A stretch of 63,256 nucleotides of DNA, the filler included, from Perkinsus chesapeaki ATCC PRA-425 (taxonomy: Eukaryota; Protista; Perkinsozoa), in the NCBI GenBank assembly GCA_013115145.1. It is 8 parts of 8 records of this genome, joined end to end, with 100 filler letters (N's around TTAATTAATTAA, not from the genome) between each part and the next. Parts side by side here need not be neighbours in the genome. Positions count along the whole stretch, not along the records: positions 1 to 25,485 come from JAAPAO010000523.1; positions 25,586 to 43,463 come from JAAPAO010000677.1; 6 more parts are not named here. One strand, written 5' to 3'. Under the pieces are notes generated by a model. It saw only the letters and a list, made by a program, of their open reading frames with translations, did not search any database and was not told where the DNA came from. This document shows, one piece after another, positions 14,699-25,905 of this stretch (position 1 is the stretch's first letter; the number at the start of each line of letters is the position of its first letter). A program made the translations under genes and the position numbers.

Positions 14699-15981
14699 TT
14701 AGGGTTCGAGAAGCAGATAGTCCAAACTGCAAACGGTGGACTCGGAGTCGCTCAAGTAGTTAGAAGGTTTTATGTCATCTTCAAGGTAACCATATTGATC
14801 AAAGACAGGTTTGGCCGCTGGCACTCTGTAAAGGGCCCAAATAACGAGTTGAACGGCACATAGAACCTGAAAAATACGATCAAGGAAAGCAACACGGTTT
14901 TAGCCAAGAACGTATTATCCAAATTTAATCAGCTTCAAAGGTTCGAGATCAGATTCAGAAATAAACTAACTCCGCCAAACAACAAGAGTAGGAAGGCCTT
15001 CGTCTGGATGCTGCCTCCTGACTACTCAGATTCCACGGAACGCGCAAGGCTGCCAGACAAATCAAAGGCTACCATTCATTCAAGGGGGAGCATATTAGCC
15101 TTTTAGGTGAGACCTATGGAATCACTTAAAGTCCAAAGTGCGATGTAAAGTACAATAATTCCTATGGCTTACTGAGCCGCTTCCATTAGGTATCATCAAG
15201 TGGGCATCACTGGCAGCAAGACCATATCCAAACCACACTAGCGCGCTGATCATACCAGTCAAGGAGTATAGCGGAGGCATGCAGGAGGAATCCTTTGTTT
15301 CTGATTATAAATAATAGTAAGGCAGCAAACTTCCAGCTTACTCATTATTGTCGGGACCACTGCCAGTGGGGCTGCGTACATGCAGATACTGACCACTACA
15401 CAGCAGTTGCCAAGAGTGCTGCTAAGTGAGGGAGTGAGCAATGACAAAAACATCTGAAAAATAATAACCAGACACCAGACTGTGAAGACTCACCGTAGCT
15501 AAATAACAAGCTCCCATCGTGGCACAAAGAGTTGAAGTACGCCTCTTGGCATCCACGAATCTGATGAAGACCTGAAATGCGGGCACGTGACCGGAGCGCC
15601 CAGTTGCATTGGTTGCTCACAGCTAGGTAAACCAACTGGAAAATCAGGGCGATGAAATTGACGACCAAAACGCATGTTCTACCAGGTACCTTAAGAATGG
15701 TAGGTAAGTGAATATTATGTTGGGCGGGCACGACTTACAATGAGGGCGTAGGTAACCCATAGAAGTGACAGAAGGGATGTGGTGCAATAGGGCATAGGAG
15801 ATAGGTTCCCCGTACTCTTACGTTTCGACACTTCAATGAATGTCGGAATGCAAGATATATATTGTATTACGGAGAGAACCGATCCGACCGTGCCGAGTAT
15901 AGGCGCTATTGATGCAAGTGACACACCAGTAGAAGCGGCGGTGGGAACAACAACAACAGCAACGTCGGCAAAGGCCTCCAT
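14699..15981 (-). CDS. SWEET: SWEET/MtN3 sugar transporter, copy 2
   Basis: PTFIEVSKRKSTGNLSPMPY, MYAAPLAVVPTI, KDSSCMPPLYS, IPNGSG, QLVIWALY; ends SESTVCSLDYLLLEP*. Confidence 0.9.
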
Positions 15982-17282
15982 GGATCCCTGTCACCACAAG
16001 GCGACAACCACAATAACAACTGAGCAGCAAACTCAATACCACAGTGCATCTGTTGTTGACAGCGAACCCACAAGCCAATGCCCTAAGCGCTTAGCCATAA
16101 GCCAAAGGAAGAGTACGAAGTTTAAGAGAGAGGTTTTGAATACTACTAAAGCAACTTGCTACGAGGGAGGATATTGAAACCTCCCAATAAGAGACAATAA
16201 AGAATGACGACATACTAACTGAATCTCAGATGAACAACTTGGGAACCAGACAGGAACGCAACACAAAGATCTGTCTCCTGAAGTTTAGTCGATCACAGAG
16301 CGTTAGCTAACTTGTGTTTATATTTTAACAAAGTAAACTAACGATGTCGAATTATTTCAACCAACAGGACTGACGCTACAGCACAGTATATTTTAAAAGG
16401 AGTAGAGCAAGACTAGACCGCCGCCTAAAATACACACGCTACATTATCTGTGTACATCATCATCCCCATAACAGCGGCGGCGGCCTCTAATGGAGATTAA
16501 GAGGAAAACCATCAAACATGAAACAGCACGCGAACTTTAGAAAGTGAGTTACACATTGAATAGTTTATATGTATTATAGTTGCTCAACAAAAGGAGCTAC
16601 GATCCATCATCTTCGGATCGTTTGGCCGCAAACCCTCGGCAGACTAACCCGCGCTAAGGGAAGCTAGCCGGGGCTGCAAACCTGACAGCAGCGGCGTAGG
16701 TTAATTCCCCACAACCACCACATCGTGAAATAATCAATAAAGAAAAGCCTCACCACCAAACGTGGCAGAGGGGAGCCCAAGGAACGTGTCGTTACGATGG
16801 GCTGTGGACAGGTATATAACAGATCAAATGAAAATGAAAGAGGAACAAGAACAAAGGATGCGATTTATACGACTGTATATTAGAACATCGCAAACTTCAG
16901 ATCAATGTATACGACTTGTTGCTCTCTCGATGAGAATACAGAAAATAATTAGGCTTTTAACCGAGACTCACACCGTGGTGCGGAAACTCTTGGTAGATCA
17001 GTTTTTACCAAGGATCAAGACGAACCCAGACTGTGGGATATTATAGCAGTAGTCAACGGCGAGAAGAGCATTGTGGGTAGGTACAGTTGCCGACAACAAC
17101 AGCAACCACCACCACCAACAGAACAACCGATATTCACGTGTTCGATAGACGACCGATATAGTTCTCGTCGAGGGATAAAATACACGAGGAGGTCCAGCTC
17201 AGATGGCGAACCTTACAAAGGTGATAACACCGACAAAATTGAGAGGGCCAAAGAGCTTCGCTCCGCTAAAGACAAAACACGA

Positions 17283-18323
17283 TCAGGGGTCCAGCAACAT
17301 ATAGTCTGCACTGCAAACGGTGGAGTCAGATGCGATGCTATTGTAGTCGGGAACATCCGAATCCGTGACGCTGTAATACACGCTTGCGCCAGGCTTAACG
17401 TCATCGTAATACTCACTCCCCTTCTTGCTGTAAGTAGACGGGGTACGGTAGATGAACCAAATGATTAGCTGGGACAAGCACAGGCCTGAGCCAACTCCAT
17501 TTGGAATCCACACGTGGAAATCTCCGGAGCCAAGACCATAGCCGAACCATACAATGGCAGCTATGAAACCAGTTAAAGAATAAAGCGGTGGCATGCATGA
17601 TGAATCCTTTGTCTCTGAGGAAAGGCGACGAAACTACAACCAAGCTTTCAGAAGCTGGGACGTACTTATAATAGTGGGAACAACTGCGAGAGGCGAAGCA
17701 TACATAGCGATGCTGACAACCATGCAGCAGTTACCAAGGAATCCAGAAGCAGATGTAGCAAAGACAAGAGCTACACCCATCTGAAAAAATACAGTCGCCA
17801 GGGTTCGAACCAGGGACCTATTTACTTACCACTGCGCCGTAACAGAGAAATACATTAATGTATTTCACTAAGGTCGGCTTCTTGCTGGCTGTGTACCACA
17901 AGAAGACCTGAAAGTGATCATAAAGGGAACTCTCCAATATAAGGAAATGCTTACAGCCATATAGACGACCATGAATGCCAGAGCAATAGCATTAACAACA
18001 AGCACCGCCATCCTACCAGGTACCTGAGGAGTACGATAAAACAACTTAGCGAAGAACCGAACACTTACCATGAATCCGTAGGTAACCCATAGAAGTGACA
18101 GAAGGGATGTGGTGCAATAGGGCATAGGAGATAGGTTCCCCGTACTCTTACGTTTCGACACTTCAATGAATGTCGGAATGCAAGATATATATTGTATTAC
18201 GGAGAGAACCGATCCGACCGTGCCGAGTATAGGCGCTATTGATGCCATAGCACCGAGAAGAACAGAACCGGTATAGGCATCAGTAGCCGCGCTAAAGGCA
18301 ACAGCCGCTGTGACGGCCTCCAT
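17283..18323 (-). CDS. SWEET: SWEET/MtN3 sugar transporter, copy 3
   Basis: Same MtN3 motifs (STGNLSPMPY, MYASPLAVVPTI, MPPLYS, IPNG, QLIIWFIY); ends SDSTVCSADYMLLDP*. Confidence 0.92.
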
Positions 18324-18596
18324 TGACAGGAAAGCAAACAAGCCTTAAAAGGGATAATAACCTGTACATAGTGCATAGTATGGAAAACGGTCACTATAGC
18401 CACCGCAGAGCAACAACACGCCACAAAATTCCGACACACTTGCTGTCCCATAGCAGGTCCACATAAAGCAAAGAAAACACAAGAAGCCAAGACGGTGAGA
18501 AGCACTCAACTAATTCACATCAATCGACCCAGCAAAATATAACACTAGCAATGCGATCAACTTATATAGCTACACGCCATTCGGCGAATGTCGATC

Positions 18597-19787
18597 TCAA
18601 ACGCCAAGCCTGGTATAATCGGCACTAAGTTCGGGCCCTGGCCTGTTAGATTCCTTGGCAGGTCCCAAGTTGCGATAGGCTGCCCATATGGATAGTTGAA
18701 TAACACCAAGTATCTAAAGCAGATGATGAATGACCTAACCCAGACCGTCTGGGCCAGGCGCCGAAGTAAGTGGTGCAAGTGTCGCAATCGATTGTGCAAG
18801 CGCCGAGTGGAATCCGAAACGCCGTTATTCATAGTGCGCCGACCGCTTCGCTGCGCATGCGTGCACAGCTAATAACCAAACTAAGGACAATACATCCCTG
18901 TCGACTTGCTTCTCCCCTCACATCGTTAGGAATGCCACGTAACGCGGCATCGACTCAACACACGGGCGCGCAGACTCACCATTCCTGCTGCATTAGGTAT
19001 CATAACATGTGCATCCCCAGATGTGAGTCCATATCCGAACCATACAACTGCGGATACCAGACAGGCCAGCGAATACAACGGAGGCATACAGGAGGAGTCT
19101 TTGGTAGCTGGCAACACACAATGTGCGCGCCACGGTGATCGATAGTGTTTTACTTATAATTGTGCGAAGTACTGCCAGGGGAGCCACGTACATGAGAATG
19201 TTGACGATGACACAAAAGTTACCGAGACTGTCAGTGATGGCGACGGGCAAATTCCACGATACAAAAACCTGACAAGTAAAGCAACCCATCCAGGGATTGA
19301 ACCCACGTCGGATACTCACCATAGCAACATAGCACAGTGCGGTAACCAAGTAGTCTATTATGGTCATCTTTCGTGACGTTGCATGAACGAAGAACCACTG
19401 AAAAAACGACAGCTTACGCCCACATTCAACCCCTCACCACAGCTTACCGTCATATACACTACTTGAAACACGAGGCCTATGCCATTAGTCACTCCCAATG
19501 CGATCCTCCCTGGCGTCTAAAAGCACTAAAATGCCGCAACCGAGGATCGAACCCTAGACTCTTACAATGCATGCATATGTGACCCACAGTATTGACAGCA
19601 GTGCTGTTGAACAATACGGCAAAGGGGATAGATTGCCAGTGGACTTGTCCCTCTGAACTTTGATAAACGTCGGAATCGGTGACATGTACTGTACAAAGGA
19701 GCACACCGATCCCATGGAACCCAGGACAGTCGCCAGAGATGTGGCAGTCGCCGCACTCAACCAGGGCACGGTGGCCGCCGACTCCAT
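18597..19787 (-). CDS. SWEET: SWEET/MtN3 sugar transporter, copy 4
   Basis: SPIPTFIKVQRDKSTGNLSPLPY, MYVAPLAVLRTI, KDSSCMPPLYS, IPNAAG, QLSIWAAY; ends DYTRLGV*. Confidence 0.9.
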
Positions 19788-20202
19788 TAGAATATAAAAC
19801 TGCAAAAAATGCACTTACCGAGGATCGAACCCGCGCAACTCTAAAGCCCCAAAAGGTCGATAGAAACCTTGTGATAGGAGGAGTTTACGTTCTTACATTT
19901 TCATTATTTACGCGCAATACAGGTCGGCAATACCGATCAGAGATCTACTTAAGAAAAGGAGGTATACAGTACTATTACAGGAACAATGTTACTGTCTTGC
20001 TAGGTGGATATACCGGTGGGATACATTATGTTTATTACTACTATTAATTGCATTTAATCATCCTCCTCATCTGAGAATACTATTTCATCATCACCATACC
20101 TGACACACATGCCATCCTACAGTGTAACAGGCCAAATAATATTATGAATAAATGAACCAGAGAGCACTTTGACAAGAATAATACAGAGATGTGTTACATG
20201 CA

Positions 20203-20347
20203 GAAGATATAGTATAGATATTCATAGCTACAACACAGTACGAGAATATATAGTATAGATATTCATAGCTACAACGCACTATGAAGATATAGTATAGATA
20301 TTCATAGCTACAACTCACTATGAAGATATAGTATAGATATTCATAGA
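20203..20347. repeat. Minisatellite, about 39-41 bp unit, about 4 copies
   Basis: GAAGATATAGTATAGATATTCATAGCTACAAC recurs with AGTATAGAT at 20211, 20252, 20291 and 20330. Confidence 0.9.
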
Positions 20348-20713
20348 TAAATATGTCGCCTATATAAAAATAATGATGAATGAGACGGCAAATTAACTTA
20401 ATATCAATGAATTATTTCGGCCAACAAATGACTGCCTAGTTTGGCAATCAATTCCAGAGTCAAGTGAGCATTGATGGACCAATAATTTCTAGTGACTGCC
20501 AACTAGCCTTCACGATAAATGGATCCACTACTTCTGCATAGTTCATCAAACATGCCTCATATCTCAAACATGCAATAACAATACAGCGTATTACATCACA
20601 CTCTCCCACAAAACAGAATGACGATGGGTATTCAATTAGTGAGTACTCCCTATTATTATTAAGCCCACCAATACCAGCAACAACTAGTGTATCTGATATC
20701 TTCCCCAGATATA

Positions 20714-22018
20714 TTACAAGTCCTTAAGTTCCTGTTCTCTCTGTTTAGCCTTCTCAACCTCAGCTGCAACTTGAGCTCGGCGCTCCTCCCTCATCTTGGG
20801 CAAATCAAACTCGCTCAAGTCAATCGACAACGCATCGTTAACCTGCAAAAACACATCATCAAAAGGCAACAATCGCAAAAGCCTACAATCTTCTCAAACA
20901 CTTTGTCCTTCTCTTCGAGTTCGGCTAGTTCCTTAGGCAACTTCCAATCACAGGCAGGGTCCTCCGCCCTCAGTATAGTCATCAGCGAGTGGGTATCCTT
21001 ACACTCCATCAGAATGTTCTCGAATGTCTGAGGAAGATATCTTACAAAAATTTGCTATGCGAAATAGCCTACCTGCATGTACATGAGGGCGAACTTGAAA
21101 AGATACCCCTCAACACCGTGCTCTAGGTAAAGCTCATAGAAGTCCAGAAGGGCCTCGAACGGTAGGACCTGAGTGAACCGTGATGCTACTACCGGAGAGG
21201 AATCTACTACATGAAGACCAAGACCGACAAACCATTTACTGCAGTACATCTCCGGCAAGATACCCTTCGAGCTCAAATGTGCATGTAGCTGAGAAAAGGG
21301 AAATAAAAGCCAGCAAGGTTCCTCCAATGTTTACCTGAGGCATCCTTTTCTGTAGCAGTTCGCCAAAGACGCGGCAATCAGCCAGGAACGCTTGAGGAGC
21401 TCCTTTGAAGTACCCAGCAGAATGCTTCTCAGATCGATGAAGTCCCAACACGATGCCTGCCGCTTCCTCGGGGGAAAGGAATAGGCCAAGGAAGGCCGCA
21501 ACATATCTATCAGTCAGCGTTGCCCTATCGATCGCCCCATGCTGTTGGTGTTATTACCCCATGCCTTGATGGTAATCCTGAGTCTCGACAGCGGCCATAC
21601 GCAAGGTGTCAATATGCCTCCTTTGCCTCTCCTCAATACGCTTCGTGCATGCCTTGTTCTTGGCAACAACTTCAGGATCTTTCGATGAGCTACGATCAGG
21701 AGTTACATACCTAACAAAGATACCTATACACTCGGGGCCTAGTCGGGCGTATCTTACGTTCGCTCAGCATCCCTCTCAAAGATACGAACTAGCTCAGGTT
21801 CATCGCAGAACTTGCCAGCCTCGCAAGCATCGGCGTCAGGTAGATAATCCGCCCAGCCCTTAACTCGTTTGATAACCTCCTCAGCGTTCTTCTCTGACAG
21901 GTAGTTATGAAGGTTACTATAGAGAAAGATTCCAAATAGGTTGATAGAGCTACCAACAGTACCGGGCCATAAGAGGTGATCCCTTCTCATCCTCGAAGAA
22001 ATTCTCAGTACGAATCAT
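20714..22018 (-). CDS. TBC (Rab-GAP) domain protein
   Basis: IFERDAERTF (R finger), DYHQGMG (Q finger), EMYCSKWFVGLG, VLPFEALLDFYELYL; C-terminal coiled coil. Confidence 0.85.
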
Positions 22019-22128
22019 GCTGTACAGGAAAACAGTGAAAGCCACAATACTGCAGTGTGATATAAGCGGAGCGAAGCAACCAAACTCCAACAACCAACAG
22101 AGAAACGTTGCAGTGCCGTTCGAGTAAT

Positions 22129-22622
22129 CTATTCTTGATCGGCATGCTTGCGACGATAACGGTTCATCGCTGAGGTGTACCTGAAGTTAAGATTTGCTGA
22201 GATCCCTGCTAGGTAGGATTACTTCTTTTGAATGGTATTGAACATGACATCCAGTTCCTCTAAGGCCCATATCATAGCATCATCAGCAGTAGTGCCGGGA
22301 TAGGTCTGGACGCGTATCTAAGGTTGAACCTTGCACGAGGGATAAAGCGACGATTAGTACATTCACGAATGGTTCATTAGGATGAGGTACCGAGTATCCT
22401 GCAAAGTCGATCTTAGGACTGAGAGATACGCCGAGCTTAACTTGAGATGCCCCCATTATTCTAGCCCTATCGTTAGCTCGCTAAAGTCCTTTCCCCAACA
22501 CATCCTTTCCCTTCCTACTTTTTCGCTAATATATATCTAACCGAGTTCCCTAATGTATGGTCCTCGTTCTTCAGCTGATATGTACCGCAAAGTTCCTCAC
22601 CCAGTTCAGGCGACGACGACAT
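22129..22622 (-). CDS. POLR1D: RNA polymerase I/III shared subunit AC19 (RPC19/POLR1D), 4 exons
   Basis: Spliced translation GTYQLKNEDHTLGNSVRYILAKSPKIDFAGYSVPHPNEPFVNIRVQT. The RY and GYSxPHP motifs favour AC19 over RPB11. Confidence 0.88.
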
Positions 22623-22816
22623 CTTCTATATAGGCAGTCAAGGTTATCACCACCATCACCACCCGACCATGCCAAATGCCAATCGCGCGCGCCCAGATAA
22701 TCGATTTGCGGAGCATCTTGATCCCGCGTTGTTGTTCAATCTGACCCTCTTTACTCCTAAATTGGTTGTGCTTTGATTGTTAATTTGCCATATTGTCAAG
22801 GTTAATTACCACGTCA

Positions 22817-24320
22817 ATGGCAGAGCCTTCACCGGACCGGACAGATACACCTCCTCCTGAGGCAGCACCACCACGGCCTGCTCCTGTACCGTCATCGCAC
22901 AGTTTTCCTAACCTTAGAGAGGAGCAGGTAGCTCTCATTCAAGGTGCATTGCTATTTTTATTAGATATCGATGGCGATGAAGTTCCTGAGCGATCCTCGT
23001 ACTATAGCATCTACCAGTAGTAGAGCCCAAAAGGAGCAGTTCCTTCGCACTAAAGGCTTGACAGACGCCGAGATAAGTAAGAGAAAGCTCAGTAAATCCG
23101 ATGACAAGAGCTGCCCAGATGCTGCCTTCCAACGTCTTGATGTTTCCGTAAGCCAGACAGTAGTATCGTCTTCTCCCAGTGCCTTTCCTCCAGCTGGCAA
23201 TGTGCAGCTGCAACCAGTGTACTGATTCTCATTGTGGGGAATTTCGGAAGCTCTCCCACAGATACTTTCCTCCACAGCAGCCATTGCCACCTCAAGAGCC
23301 TGCATGGCTTAGTCTCACTAAGGTATACCCAGTCTCCAGAAATCGATCATCATGTCCACTTGTAGGCAGTCATTGGCACTGGTGCTGCACTTATGGCAGG
23401 ATGGTGGCTATTTAACCGATCTCGACAAGATCGCCAACACGTGGCGCGGCATAGACAGGAGCATGTTGGTACTAAAGTGGACGAGGTTGTAGAGGGGATG
23501 CTTCGGTCGTTTTAGAGAACGTAAGTGTTGCTTCGGAGCGGGACAAGTTATTGACTGAGCTGCTGGCCCGTGAACGGCAACGAGGATCTGGCTCGGTGAG
23601 TTTTCGTCAATTCTATCGGCAAAGTTGGTATGGAGAAAGCGTCTCTTCATCAAACATGCCCTCCAATCCTACACTTTTTTCACTTGCTTACCTATGAACG
23701 GGAAATTAGTATGCTCCCAATACCACGACAGACTTGACGAAACGAGGCGCCCATTCAAACTATTTTGTATGTAGGGGGAAGTTAGCGATAAGAGTAAAGA
23801 GGTTGAGCCTAAGCAAGAAGATCGATTGATGAAGATGCTGGAAGAAATGCAGAAACAACAGATGAAACAGCACGCCGATCTCATTATGACGTTGAAGGAG
23901 GTCACCGTTCGTTTGCGATATTTTGCAAGTTGATCTCAGATGACAGCGGCGAGGAACGGAGGTGTGGAGCAGCCTCGGGGGTCCAGGAAGGCTGGAGGGA
24001 TTGTTTTGGATGATGAAGAAGAATACGGTATGAAAATGGTTGGAAATGGGGAGGCGTGGGGAAGCAATGCCTCAGAGAGTATCGCAACACCGGTGGAAGC
24101 GGAGAAATGTGTAGAGCCGCAGGCACAGGCTGACTCGACTGTGGATAAAGCGGTTGATTTGGAGGCGCTTGCTGAAGAGATGGACGATAGAATGAGGGGA
24201 ACTGTAAAGATGCTTCTTGGCAATTTGGTAATACTGACTGGGGAACAGTACTTGTTTTGCCCAAGGTGCAGTGCTAGTATGGGCGATGTGAACGAACGCA
24301 TAAAGAGTGTATCAACGCCC
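22817..24320 (+). CDS. PEX14: Peroxisomal membrane protein Pex14, 3' end uncertain
   Basis: LREEQISMAMKFLSDPRT...KEQFLRTKGLTDAEI (Pex14_N), a hydrophobic AVIGTGAALMAGWWLF segment, then a coiled coil. Confidence 0.8.
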
Positions 24321-24467
24321 TTTCTTATCTTCACGAAGTTCTTTATTTTTTGGAATAAAGTTGTCGTTTACCGTGTATTGGTGGAGTTAGAAGTGTTTTC
24401 CCTTTCGGGACAGCTCCTAAACTTCCATATAGAAACTGCAACGGAGTATCTCGGAATTCGAATTAAG

Positions 24468-25486
24468 TTATTCACCTGATGGTGGTGGCGGGGGGGGTAC
24501 CTGTAATCTCTTAGTAAGGTGTCCCAGCCGTGCTAGTTGCGCAGCGCTGAAAAGAAACGGCCAAACTGTCAATCTGTCCACCTCGTCTTGTGCATTATTG
24601 GTAACTCTTTTATTCTTGTGTCTAATGCTTGCACGATCGAGGGAAGGCTCGCGTGGATATCCTGGCGGGAAAAGATACGGTTTTTTCATAGAACTGAGGT
24701 CGACTTCTGCATCTCCTATCACCAAAAGATCCGATTGGTGGAATGAGTTGGTGAGGAAATCATAGAGCTCTACTTAGGAAGGCCGATACTGTTGTAGAGC
24801 TTTTCGTACACGGTCAGTGAAAAATACTTAGCTTGATGGCAAATTACATTTCACCTCCGCCACCCTACTTAATGCTGGCAGATAAAAAATCCGAAGTCAG
24901 ACAAGTTCCGGCGAGTTAATATTCGGACGCCTCGTTTCCAAGCTCAACTGGAAGAGAGCTCTTTGGCGAGAAAGTTTATGGAGCAGCTTGGATTCAGGGA
25001 GGACGGGTAGCTGATTCCCTCATTTGCATGACCCATCCTGATCACGACAGATCTTACCTTGTATGGAGCCCACTTCTATCGAGTAACGGTGTCGACGAAT
25101 TAGGGGAAGTGAAGAGAGCATTATCGTTGGTCTCGAATGAATCTGTTGCTAACAAGGAGAGCGGCACTGTTGAGGAAAAAAAGTGATATGAGGGTTGGGC
25201 TACTAGATACGTGAGAGAATCGCTAAAAGGAACCGTATCTTGGCAAAAGCGTCTTTCCGATGGTATAATTGCAAGGGATGATTTCCCTCTTACATTGAGA
25301 GCTTCGGTGTTTCAATCTTCGTTTACGTTACGCTATGTTTATGAGGGGTAATCGCAGGTCCCAAGCGAGCGATGACATATCAGCGGAGGAGAGCACAGCC
25401 TCCGATACGTCCAAGAGATCCCCCTTACCCTGGATGTCATCAGCAGTGGCAGCTACTGCGGCTCAGGTGAGGGTCAGCGGAGAGGN
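24468..25486 (-). CDS. 3' exons of an unidentified gene, truncated by a gap
   Basis: Open exon-like frames with a GTAAG donor (e.g. at ~25049) and ORF 24468-24725. No domain recognised. Confidence 0.25.
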
Positions 25487-25529
25487 NNNNNNNNNNNNNN
25501 NNNNNNNNNNNNNNNNNNNNNNNNNNNNN

Positions 25530-25541
25530 TTAATTAATTAA
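25530..25541. other. Artificial contig-join linker TTAATTAATTAA inside an N-gap (also at 43508, 48722, 50762, 52075, 54867, 62002)
   Basis: An identical 12-mer giving stops in all six frames sits centred in seven N-runs. This is an assembly convention. Confidence 0.95.
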
Positions 25542-25585
25542 NNNNNNNNNNNNNNNNNNNNNNNNNNNNNNNNNNNNNNNNNNNN

Positions 25586-25905
25586 TCCTCCGTATCACTA
25601 GTAACATATTTCCTATCAAACTCCTTTCTATTATATCCCCTCCTCCGTNNNNNNNNNNNNNNNNNNNNNNNNNNNNNNNNNNNNNNNNNNNNNNNNNNNN
25701 NNNNNNNNNNNNNNNNNNNNNNNNNNNNNNNNNNNNNNNNNNNNNCGGATCACTAGTAGCATATTTCCTATCAAACTCCTTTCTATTATATCTCCTCCTC
25801 CGTATCACTAGTAGCATATTTTCTATCAAACTCCTTTCTATTATATCTCCTCCTCCGTATCACTAGTAGCATATTTCCTATCAAACTCCTTTATATTATA
25901 TCTCC
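25586..25905. repeat. 55-bp tandem repeat, interrupted by a gap
   Basis: CACTAGTAGC at 25751, 25806 and 25861 (period 55), with another copy at 25586-25648. The array probably caused the assembly gaps. Confidence 0.92.

Noticed and set aside
14699-14712. GGTTCGAG B-box-like motif
   Set aside because: It is the antisense of the SWEET-2 C-terminal codons LEP*.
16620-16710. GC-rich intergenic hairpin as a snoRNA
   Set aside because: No convincing C/D or H/ACA boxes; the pairing is modest.
25530-25541. TTAATTAATTAA repeated seven times as a biological palindrome
   Set aside because: It is always centred in N-runs, so it is an assembly linker.
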